Below the pieces are notes generated by a model. That model had not been told where the DNA came from. It made no database searches and saw nothing but the letters and a program-made list of their open reading frames with translations. Source: the human T2T-CHM13v2.0 reference genome, Homo sapiens. Taken from it: a DNA stretch of 64,000 nt. The stretch lies in assembly GCF_009914755.1 (NCBI RefSeq), contig NC_060928.1, one strand, 5' to 3'. Position numbers and translations under genes: made by a program. Shown piece by piece: positions 18,066 to 29,815 of the stretch; the first letter of the stretch is position 1, and the number at the start of each line of letters is the position of its first letter.

Positions 18066-20004
18066 CTGTTTTTTACACAGGCTACTTCCTCCATTCCTTG
18101 ACGTAGTTTCCCAGAATGATTGCTTCTCTCTTATTAAAGAGAAAGTAATCTGCAAGAATTGACAATAAACTTCTTATTGCAATTATGCCTGGGGGAGGGC
18201 TACAAGAAAATGTGGTAGTGATCAAAGAGAATTTAACTTTCATTTGTAATGTTTTAATTTTTTTCTGAAGAGAATATATGTTTCTGTTAATTTTGTAAGT
18301 AAATATGCTTTTAAAAAGAAGAAAAAAGCAACAATATTTCTTCCATATTAGAGACTGCTAGTGATTACCAAACTCCAGGCTCTTATCTTTTTCCTGTTCA
18401 CACATCGAGATTCTATTTCCCAGCCTCTTCTGTTATTAGATGTAGCCACAGGACTAAGATCTAGGCAACAAAGTTTTACTGAGTGTTCCATGCTCTACTT
18501 CTGAAACTATACTTTTTTAGGGCTAAAGAAACCTAAGGCAATGTTTGGTGACTTAAGATCAGAGGGAAACTATCCCTAAAGTGATAGTCCTATTAGATAG
18601 ATCCTGTGAATTGAGAGTTCATTTGGAAAAAATATTTGTATTTTAAAACGTTAGCCCCAACTTTCAAGTTGCGTTACTGCTTCAATCATATTGCTAAAAC
18701 TCTGAAAACAAGAACACCATTTGTTCTAATATTATTTATCCTCTTGGTATTTGGCAAAATGTCAAGGACATCAGAAGCATACATATAACCTTCATGTTGT
18801 TTTTTTATTTCCTCACATACCTATTTCACTGAGAATGAAATATTTTGAGGATTATTCTCTTGTCATTTTTCTTTATGTTTAAACCTTAGCTCCTTAAATT
18901 CAGAGTGTTCACAAAGGATAGCCTGCTACAAATCGCCAACTGCTTCCAAATCTCAATTGCATATATTTTTCATTTTATTGTTTAACACAAGTTTAATTAT
19001 CATAACCTAAACATGTCTTTTACTAGAACAATGAAATATCTCTGATGGCCAAATCATTTTCTCTACCATTAAAGATGGATGGGGAGACTACCATATAAAT
19101 AAGGGAGATTTAAAACACCATTAAAATCAAAATTGCTTCTTATTTCTCACATGCAAATAGTGCATTTCTCTCTTGGTTTCATGCAATCAATTGATTAAAA
19201 ACAACAAGATAAGGAATTGAGAAACTAAAGGCAAAATATTATAAAATTTATAAGCATGTAAAATATAATTAAGTAATTAATTTAAACATTTAAGGCAGAA
19301 GAATCATGGGGAGATTAAAGGAGAAAAAAGAGGTGGTGTGTTATTTTTGTTTCAGACTTTTAGAATGAACGTATTTGTTCCAAATATAATTTTCAATTTT
19401 GCCAGCTTAAAAAAATTTCATCAAGGCCAGAAAAATAACATGTTAAGGAGGCATACTCTTTGTGAGACTGGGAGACGATATTCATTTAAAAAGAAATATG
19501 TGGGCTAATAAAAAAATCCAAACCTCATTTATACAAAAATTGCCAAAAACTAACCCATTATGTTGCTTATGTGATATTATGTAAAATGGAAAAATCTTAA
19601 GGACCATGGTGTATTATTTGCCCGTGAAAACCCACAACAATAGAAATTGGCAAATATTGAAAACTTGCATCTTTAGAGACTCTTTGACATCTGTTACTTT
19701 AAAAGCTTCTCTTTATAAAATGACTCTGGAGCTTAATTCTGTGTTTAAATCCATATACCCAGCCACTCTCAAAATAAAATTAAAGTTATTTATATACAAA
19801 ATCTATTAGGAAATGTGTCAATGTTTTCCTGTCATTTATTTGCTAGTTTCACTGTGAATCTTAATGCTTCTGCTGCATAAATGCTATGAGGAAAACAGAC
19901 ACACATTGACAAATGAAAATAATTATTTCATAATTATTTCAATAATGTATTATGAATTTAATGTTATTATAGAAAGTCATTTCATCTACCTGGAAGCTAT
20001 TCTT

Positions 20005-20921
20005 CTTTTTTTTTTTTTGGAGTCAGATAAACCTGCATTTATTTTTTTATTTTTTTTTAGAATTGGTTCATGAGTTTAATTTTTTTTATTATACTTTAAG
20101 TTCTAGGGTACATGTGCACAACATGCAGGTTTGTTACATATGTATACATGTGCCATGTTGTTGTGCTGCACCCATTAACTCATCATTTACATTAGGCATC
20201 CTCCTAATGCTGTCCCTCCCCCATCCCCCCACCCCACAATAGGCCCCGGTATGTGATGTTCCCCTTCCTGTGTCCAAGTGTTCTCATTGTTCAGTTCCCA
20301 CCTATAAGTGAGAACATGCGGTGTTTGGTTTTTTGTCCCTGCCATAGTTTGCTGAGAATGATGGTTTCCAGTTTCATCCATGACCCTACAAAGGACATGA
20401 ACTCATCATTTTTTATGGCTGCATAGTATTTCATGGTGTATATATGCCACATTTTCTTAATCCAGTCTATCATTGTTGGACATTCGGGTTGGTTTCAAGT
20501 CTTTGCTATTGTGAATAATGCCGCAGTAAACATACGTGTGCATGTGTCTTTATAGCAGCATGATTTATAATCCTTTGGGTATATACCCAGTAATGGGATG
20601 GCTGGGTCAAATGGTATTTCTAGTTCTAGATCCCTGAGGAATCACCAAGCTGACTTCCACAATGGTTGAACTAGTTTACAGTCCCACCAACAGTGTAAAA
20701 GTGTTCCTATTTCTCCACATCCTCTCCAGCACCTGTTGTTTCCTGACTTTTTAATGATCGCCATTCTAACTGGTGTGAGATGGTATATCATTGTGGTTTT
20801 GATTTGCATTTCTCTGATGGCCAGTGACGATGAGCATTTTTTCATGTGTCTGTTGGCTGCATAAATGTCTTCTTTTGAGAAGTGTCTGTTCATATCCTTT
20901 GCCCACTTTTTGATGGGGTTG
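20005..20921 (-). mobile_element. 5'-truncated L1PA4/5-like element with extended (transduced) 3' tail
   Basis: ORF2 C-terminus (…[13 protein letters not shown]…SLIGGN) and 3'UTR at 20088-20921. Three T-tracts at 20006-20087. Candidate TSD attctt at 19999-20004 and 20922-20927. Confidence 0.93.
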
Positions 20922-21019
20922 ATTCTTATTGCTGGTGTTTCGTTTTTATCTGCAAACTGGATAGTCATAATTTAAAGGACCTCTACAAAAGATAATTTCG
21001 TTGACTACAGTTAATTTTG

Positions 21020-21515
21020 ACTGTGTTTCAGTCAGCTAACTACATATCAATGTGCATCCTTTCCCTTAATGGTATAGAGATTTTACTTGGAAATTAGTTA
21101 TCAAGCCAGGAACTACATTCCCCAACATCACTTGCCTCTGTGAGTTTTCACATGAGACTTGCTGTTGCCAGTAGAATGTGAGTGAAGGTGAGAGGTACTG
21201 TTTCCTTTCCAAAGAGTTCTTTCCAAAGTGATCTTTCCAAAGCATTTCTTTCCAAAGTATTCTTTCTTTGTGCTCTTTTTCTGCTCAAGGCAAATGACCT
21301 CAAAGGTGTGGGGGAAAGTGAATCCGTAAGATGAGCAGAGCCTGTCTCTCTAAATCACTAAATGGAAGAGCATCACCTGCTAACCAGGAACACCTACTTA
21401 GGACTATTAAGTGAGCAATAAATAAATTCCTTTTTTGTTCAGGCCATTGAGCACCACTGGATATTCTTTTTGCAGCTCAAAGTATTTGTTATAGAAGCTA
21501 AACAATATAGTCTTA
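21020..21515 (+). mobile_element. Old MaLR LTR (MLT1H-J-like)
   Basis: 'aactacattccccaacatcacttgc', 'gccagtagaatgtgagtgaaggtg', 'tttgttatagaagcta'. Confidence 0.55.
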
Positions 21516-22647
21516 CTATAATAATTGAAAACATTGAAGCCCAATGTCAATTTTCTATCTGGTAAGAGAAAGCACCTGAAGGAAGACCTAAAATGACATG
21601 AGAGATCAACCTGACTCTAACATTTGTCACCAGTAAATTGCTAGAGTGGATCTGACTACTCTGTCTACCTGGTTAAACATCTCTCCCTGCATCCTCACTA
21701 CTCCAAACATGCCGTCCACAAACCATTTCTGTTGAAGATGATCCCCTAATAATAGAATTATTTCACTGGTGAAGAATATAAGCAAGGTAAGTCTACCTGT
21801 TTGAACTTTTAAGGATACAGAGCACATAAAATAACAGTATAGAGTGAGAGAAAGCAATCCTTGCTAACTAGAATCCTACTAAAAAATATAGTGTCATAGG
21901 CCAAAACAGCTATTATTAAATCATGTATAAAGACACTCAGAGGTTGATGTCAAAAACAACATAGCTGCTCAAGGAAGTCATCAAAGGCCAAAGCACCTTT
22001 TTTCCACCTACACTGCCATCTTTGTTTGTGATTGTCATATGATTGTTTCACATACAGATATCAAGGCATTCCAAAGAAAGGAATGAAAAAAAGGTAAATG
22101 ACAAAAGACATGCCCATACTGACTGTATGCCTTTATTTTGATGAAAGCAATAACTTTTCTGGAAATGTATGTGGTAGACCTTTGCTTATATTATGTTAGC
22201 GAGGACTGGTTGCATAGCTACTCTTAGCTGCAAGGGAGACTAAAGAGTTGACGGTAGGCACATTCTCCAGAATGTCTGCCCAGATAATAATTTCACATTT
22301 TTGTGTATATCACTTCCAATTTAAAGCTTATCAGAAACAAAGTTTTAAGATCCAAGTTTCATTTGTTGTATGTATTTGTCAACATCTTTTTTAGCTAAAG
22401 TATACATTTGTAAAAATTTATAGAATATGATGTGTGGAAATAACTTTGAATAAGAATACAAATACAATTTAAGAACTACAGGAATCATATAATGACATTT
22501 TAATAAGCACATGGAAAATTAATAAATGGATCCCAGAATCTAAAAGATGCCTCCTATATATTACTAACCCTACAAGGTTTCATGTTATTGCATTAAAAAT
22601 AACTGTTTCTTAAGATCCTAGGGTGATAGTTACACACATTCATATAC

Positions 22648-22677
22648 GTGTGTGTGTGTGTGTGTTTATGTGTGTGT
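22648..22677. repeat. (TG)n microsatellite
   Basis: Direct reading. Confidence 0.9.
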
Positions 22678-23869
22678 AGGCATTTTACTGTGTCTTAATT
22701 ACATTTAAGATATTGGTCTGATTATAAAATGTAATACATCTAACTTTATGCTGTTTAGTAGATTTTTGTCACATAACATTTAGCAACAGATTACTGATAT
22801 TTAGTTGGAAATGACTACATTTTAAAATTCTGCACATTACTATATTGAGCAAAATCAAGTATATGTTACTAAATAAGGGAAAAGGAATATTGAGTATGTA
22901 ACTAATTATGTGGGCCATACAAACCAACCAAAATCTTTATGTTCTTAAAGAAATTTTCTATGGGCATTTTTAATTACATAAGATAGATTTTTTTAAACAT
23001 GATGTTGTGAATCCTTCAACCACAAATATAGTTTTAAAATTGTGGAGCCCAATTACTATATCAACATAAAAATCTAAAGTACTCATAAGCAGCAGTGTGT
23101 TTCATTTACGTTGGTTCAGCCTGTTAGTTACACAAACTATCAGAACTGTGTACTTTAAATGATTTTAAGTTGATACGCATTCTAGTCACAGTAATGAGGA
23201 TTGAAGACAAGGCAGAATACAGTTAAGAATATTAATTCACCACATTTTAAATGCCAGTCCAGGATTTATTTGTTCCTTCTGTTAGTTAACACCTATTACG
23301 TGAGTCAATATGGTAATAGTAGTAGCTAATATTGTTGCCAAAGATTCTACATTATTTTTATCATCACAGCAATTGTGTAATCTATTAATTCCTATTCATG
23401 TCACATATTTAGAAAGGTTAAGTTGCTTTACCCCAGATTACAAGAGAGAGGGCATAGCTTTTATGTGCCTAAAACAGGAATCAAATGCTGGCCCTTTTCT
23501 CTGATCCTAAAGAATTATAAAAACGATTAAATCTGCCTTCCCTAAACTTGGGAAGGCAGCCTGGGACAGGTGATGAGACATAATGAGGCAAAAAGAAGTA
23601 GCATATTACAGAAAACCCGATCTTATTAAAAGATTGCTTGAAAATCACTTATTTTAGCTTTGAAAAGTTTTTACTTCAAAATTATGAAAGGAAACTGATA
23701 CAGGGGTGTGTTTATTAGAAATATTAAATAACTTTTCAGAAATTTTTAAAACTACAGGTGAATACAAAGTAAAAATGGTTAAATAAGCATTAGAAAATAT
23801 GAGGCCTTTTGAAAACATATTTTTGAAGGCATATTGTTTCTGGAAACGTAATTTCATGGGTGATCTTCC

Positions 23870-24628
23870 TTCTTGTATATGACAGCAAAAGAAAAAATAA
23901 ATAAACTAGACTTTATGAAAATTAAAATCTGTTGTATATAGAAAGACACAATCACCAGAGTAAAAAGATAACTCAAAATGTGATAAAATATTTTCAAATC
24001 ATATATCTGGTAAGGAACTGATATCCAGTATATATATAAAACTCTCAAAACTCAACAAAAACAAATAATCTGATTCAAATATGGAAAAGACTTGGATAGG
24101 CATTATCTAAAGAATATATACAAATACTAATAAGTGCATGAAGATATGCTCAACATCATTAATCATTAGCGAAATGTAAATCAAAATCACAATGAAATAC
24201 CATCACACAACCATTAGGATGACTGCTATCCAAAAAATAAATACATAAAAACAGGAAATACCAAGTGCTGGCAAGAATGTGGAGAAATTGGAATCTTGTG
24301 TGCACCATTGGTAGAAACGTAAAATGGCGTAGCTGATATGGAAAACAGTACAGCCATTCCTCAAAACAAATAAAATGAAATTATCATATGATTCAGCAAT
24401 TTCTCTTCTGAATATATACCCAAAAGAACTGAAAGCAGGGTCTCAAAGAGGTATTTATACACCCATGTTCACAGCAGCATTATTTACAACAGCTCAAATG
24501 TGGAAGCAACCAAGTGTCCATCAATGGATGAATGGAAAAAACATATATATATATATCGCATTTCCTATATATATATCGCATTTCATATATATATATATCG
24601 CATTTCATATATACATATATATCGCATT

Positions 24629-24659
<31 letters not shown>

Positions 24660-25018
24660 GGAATACTATGTATCCTTAAAATTCTGACACATGCTGCAAC
24701 TGGATGAACCCTGAAGATACCATACCAAGTGAAATAAGCCAGATACAAGAAGACAAATACATTATGATCCCACATCTATGAGTAGGCAAATTTATAGAGA
24801 TGGAAAGTACAGTGGTGGTTACCAGGGATGAGGTAAGGGAAAAGGGAATTACTGTTTAATGGGCACAGTTTCTGTTTTGCAAGATGAAAAGAGTTCTGGA
24901 GATGGATCATAGTGATGATTCTACAATAATACGAGTGTACTTAATACCATTGAGCTGTATACTTAAAAGTGGTTAGGATAATAAACTTTATGTTGCATGT
25001 ATTTTAGAATAATAAAAC
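23870..25018 (+). mobile_element. L1MB-like 3' fragment
   Basis: ORF2 C-terminal remnant (YDSAISLLNIYPKELK…MFTAALFT). 3'UTR 'gcaagatgaaaagagttctggagatggat…ctttatgttgcatgtatttta'. Confidence 0.85.
24543..24659. repeat. Compound (TA)n/(tatatatcgcatttc)n repeat within L1MB
   Basis: Four copies of 'tcgcatttc' separated by (TA)n tracts. Confidence 0.9.
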
Positions 25019-28000
25019 CTGTTTATTAAACATGCATATAGAAAATATAGGTGTGGCGAAGAATATAAATAAAAGAGATTTATCCAAGAAAGTTAAAAAT
25101 TGAGGCAAAATGTTTAAATGATAATAATTTTACTCAAGAAATGTAAATACATCTGTGCATGGAATCTGACTCTAAAATCTCAAAGTTTTTTAATCTCAAG
25201 CCCTTTCATCTCTGTGTTCTATGTATGAGTTCCTCAGTCACAGAATTGATTCAATTTTCTTTGAAAATAAGCATTGGTCAATAATTATTGAAGATATTAA
25301 TCAGATAGGCTTTCTCCATTTGGGTTTATTAATTATCTGCTTTTGAAACTCAAATAATCAGGGACCTAGGAGTGCTTATTAAAATTAGTAAAAGAGGAGA
25401 GGATTCTGGGATATGGGGTGACCAGAAGATAGCTCCCCTCTCCTGACCCCCAACCCCAAGCCATCTGTCACTGCTGATCAAAGCTGCTTGGGACCTATGA
25501 GTGACGGAGCACAGGAGAGAGGATGCCTCTCCTGGATTCTATGGAGGACTGGAGTAGACCTTTTTTCTGAGGGGATGAGTAAGTTTCTAGAGAACAGGTT
25601 GAAGTGTGGAGAAAGGAATATAAATAAAAAAGGCAAATTCGTAACTCTCTTACAAATAAATGTAAAATGAACATAGGCCAAGGCCTGCCTGCCATAACTA
25701 TTACTAAAGTAATTAATGAAGAAAAACAGACAAAAGTGCCACAAGGGTTAAACAGCTAACTCAGAGTCGCATACAACATTTATAGTCAGATAAGGAATGC
25801 TGAAATGTTATTTACACGGGAATGAAAAACTGGCAAAACTAGTCAATATTCTCAGAGCAATAACTAATTGCATTTCATCAGACACAATTTGCATTTCTAT
25901 GGACAGAAATCATTTGCATTTCTCTCAGTTTTCTACAAATTATCATCTATCTCTATAAAGTTATGAAACAGCCTAGTCAAAGACAAAGGCAGAGATAACT
26001 CAGATGGAAGAGCTTGTCAGGACACCCACCACGTTTCAAAGTCTTTCACAATTTTTCCTCACAGTATATAGATACAAATAATTAAATTTGAAAAGGAAAA
26101 AGATGGACTATCTGGGAATGGGTGACGCAAGTTTAAATAAAATCCTTGAAACAGATGAAATATAGTGTAGTGGAAATTCAAATAATAGCATGGAACTAAC
26201 AGCATAGAACCATTTAAAACATAAAGGATTGGAGGTTTGGGGGTAGATATATAAGCTGTCTCAATTTGTCCTCAGGAGGAAAGGCAGGAAGAAAAAAAAA
26301 CATAAGTGAACGTATTTTAAAGATCTCAGTATATAGAGTTGGGGGTATATAGGGCACAAACGGAGCATCTTGCTTGAGAAAACACAAGTATCTTTGTGGG
26401 TGGTTGCTATTTTCTTTCCGAATAACAGTAGAAAATTATATTTGGGGTACTGATAATAGAGAGAAGGAAAGAAACTAAAAGCAGGAAAGACAGACGATGA
26501 TTCCAACTTATTTTTTCTCATTATCACACATAGACCATCACTTAGCCGTAATGTTACCAATAGGCTTAGCTCTAAGTTATTGATACATTCTCTTCAGAGC
26601 ATATACTGAAGGAGGAGTTTGGAGCTTGGTTTTTTTTTTATAACATCTCTCCTGAAGTGCCTTATAGTGAAGCTAGGATTTTTTTTTTCAGTTGTTTGAT
26701 TTGGTTTGGTTCTTTGGCTCAAAGATAAAGATATTCTGACATGAAGAAAATGAATAAAATATGCCTATCATAGTATGTCTTGATGTTGTTTATCTTCTGC
26801 TTACTATTTACACCAATTAGCTTCCAGGTCATCTGAGGTGTAAGACCTTAGAAAGTGAGACTAATTATGGTATAGATGGTCGCACAAAATAGACAAGGGG
26901 AATTTGCTGGTACCTGTGAGATTTGGGAGGAAACAGTGTAGGAGAACTCAAGAAATATAAATAGTGGTTTTAGGTTTACAGCTAATGCAAATTTGTATAA
27001 TTTGAGTTCAGCTTCTGCAGTTTGAAAGATGCCAATATTGAGTGCTATGGCATTTAACATCAGGAAAATGAGACTCGGGCACAGATGGGTGTTCAGGCTT
27101 CAAGGGAACAAATCCTTAAATTTAAATAACTGTGAGAATAATTACATAGTTTTGTTGCAAGTTAGAAGGAATACATCACATTCTTTCAAATAGAGCTTTT
27201 TGTTTTCTATAATTACACCTTCTAGAGAGTGTTGCAAAAAATACTGAAGCACATCTTCCTCAATCGGCATGATCATCATAAACATTGAAGTATATTTATT
27301 AACGCTCTCGTGTGGGCTTCTGTGAGAAGAACTATTCAGAGCTACAGAAATTGGGGCTGTCAGTGTTTAAATTTTCCCATATAATTACAAAACTTGATAT
27401 TTAAAATTTTCAGCAATGAGAATGAAAATAATTTATATATAAATTTTATATAATGCATATCACATATAAATTATATGTAAATGATACGTATCAATCAACA
27501 CACATTAGCTCTAATATTTTTCTACCATTAGTTCATAAGGACAAGGTCAGAATAGATGTTCACTTTCTCTGGGAAAACACTGAGGGGTGTACGGGGGCAT
27601 CTGGAACCCAAAAAGTGTGATTAAGCCATGAATGTTATTCTGCCCCTAAGCAAGGAGAAGGGAAACTTCTGAAATTGAAAAACTGGAATAAGATTTTCCT
27701 CTACAGTTCTCTATAAACAAATTTCCTTTCCCTCCAACTGGAAATCCAATAAAATACCTCTTTAAGTTTTTTAATCTGTTGGTTTTAAACAATTTTATTT
27801 TAAAGACAGCACCTAATCATTAATTCTCTCAAGAGACAAAGAAAGTGAGGTCTAGGAAGATAGATCCAGGGGAAGATCCTACAAAGACTCAGGAAATGTG
27901 CTCAAGGCTCTTTGAGTAGGAAATTCCAAGATTCCAGAACCAGGAGCATGATCTGAGGAAATGGGGGATGGTAATAACAGTGCAGACACATCCCTTTTGA

Positions 28001-28130
28001 CATACAGATTCCCAGTGAAGTAGGCTGTGGTCAATGAACCTCTAAAATGTGGGGTTCATGGAAGGGATCTCTGTGGCAGAGTCTAAGGATGGTACTGCTA
28101 ACTACAGTTCCTACTGGAGTCAGTAGACTC

Positions 28131-28570
28131 CTCCTAGTCCATTTTCTGTTGCTTATAACATAATACATGAAATTGGGTAATTTGTAAAGAAAATAAAGAA
28201 TTTCTTATGGCTTAAAGGCTGAGAAGTTCCAGGTTGAGGGGCTGCATCTGGTGAGGACCTTTTTACTGGTGGTGACTCTGCAGAGTCCAGGGGCAACACA
28301 GGTATCACATGGTGTGGGGGCTGAGAGTTCTAGCTCAAATTTCTCTTCCTTGTCTTATAAAGCCACCAGTCCCACTCCCATGATAACTTATTAATTCATT
28401 AACCCATTAATCCAGTAACCTAGTAACCCATGAATAGATTAATTCATTTATGAAGGCAGAGCTCTCATGACCCAATCACCTCTTAAAGGCCCCACCTCTC
28501 TCAATACTGTCACATTGAGGATTAAGTTTCAACATGAGTTTTGGATGGAATAAACAATCAACCTGTAGCA
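28131..28570 (-). mobile_element. MaLR solo LTR (MST/MLT1A type)
   Basis: 'gcatctggtgaggacc', 'ctcatgacccaatcacctcttaaaggccccacctc', 'gattaagtttcaacatgagttttgg'. 5-bp TSD gactc at 28126-28130 and 28571-28575. Confidence 0.85.
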
Positions 28571-28789
28571 GACTCTATACAATTATTTTTATTTTTGTGA
28601 ATTGCAACTAAACTACAAAAAATATTTTCAAACAGAACAAAAGTCATTTTTTATAATTTCTTACATATTTTACAAATATTTCAGAAAACATTCTATCAGT
28701 AAAATATATATATATATGGAAACACATTCATTAACATATTTGTACATTCTTCAGAATATTATGTTGGTCCACTATATTAATGACATCAC

Positions 28790-29395
28790 GGCTTGACATG
28801 GGAGTACCAATCAAAAATGGACTGTGGCTTCACTATGCTATGGCCCCCTCCCCAGGTGAACGACAACAGCAAAAGTAAATCTTCCCAATGTACATAGCCT
28901 TGATCATGTAACCTAGTCATCCACTTTGTAGAAAGAAAAATAGCCTGCAGGATAAACATATGGCTCAAAGGTAGTGCTTAATGGCTTGGCTACTGGATAG
29001 GTGCCTGAAAGAAAAAGAGTAGAATATCAAGGCAAGGATGAATGATGCGTGAGGATGGCCTTAAACAGGTGGACATGAAGTATAAAGATCTCATATCATC
29101 CCCCCAAAATGCATCTACCATTGAAGGGGCATTAAACAACCCAGTAAACAGAGTGACCAGGGCTAGTTCACATCACTCTCCCTGTGCCATTGAAATTCCA
29201 ATGCTGGCACAATGGGAGTACCATGGAGAAGCCATGGTGGCAGGAATGCAGGCCATGCATTACAGTTTAACTTCTGCCTCTCCCTAATCCCACTCCTCTC
29301 TCTCTCTCTGTAGTGTTGAGGGCATTCCTCAAAGCATTTTCTGCAAGCAAATCTCCATCTCAGAGACTGTTTCTATGGTAATCTAGATCAACGTA
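28790..29395 (+). mobile_element. ERVL internal fragment with LTR16-like 3' end
   Basis: 'cttaatggcttggctactgg' (ERVL pol-like) and 'ctgcaagcaaatctccatctcagagactgtttc' (LTR16-like). Heavily decayed. Confidence 0.45.
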
Positions 29396-29598
29396 TCACT
29401 CTTCTGTTCTCTTCCTTCTTCTCTACCTTTTTCCCTCCCTCTCTTCTTTCCTTTCTTTCTTTCTTCTTGTGTGTGGAACACCATCTCCAGACTATGAGGA
29501 GTGGAAACCTACTGAAAAATGCCTGTGTCCAGTAAGTTTATGACATTAACTGCCCAGTGATGTCACACTGTGTAGAAAAACTTACATTCTTTCAGAGC

Positions 29599-29815
29599 AG
29601 AGATGGGCAAATTTTTATTTGTTAAGAGACAGATATTAATATTTTAGGTTTTGTGAGCCATATAGTCTCTATTGCAATTACTCAATTCTTCCACTTTAGT
29701 GCAAAAGTGGTCATAGACAACATGTAAACAAATGAACTTGATTGAGTTACAATACAAGCTTATTTATAAAAATAGATGGCAGGCCAGACTTGGCCCATTA
29801 ACACAGACTTGTTTA
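29599..29815. mobile_element. MER58A-like hAT-Charlie DNA transposon
   Basis: 'aatattttaggttttgtgagccatatagtctctattgcaattactcaa…catagacaacatgtaaacaaatgaac…ggcaggccagacttggccc'. Confidence 0.8.

Noticed and set aside
21634-21786. Possible plus-strand exon ending at a strong AAG|gtaagt donor
   Set aside because: The acceptor is weak, all frames contain stops, and there is no supporting context.
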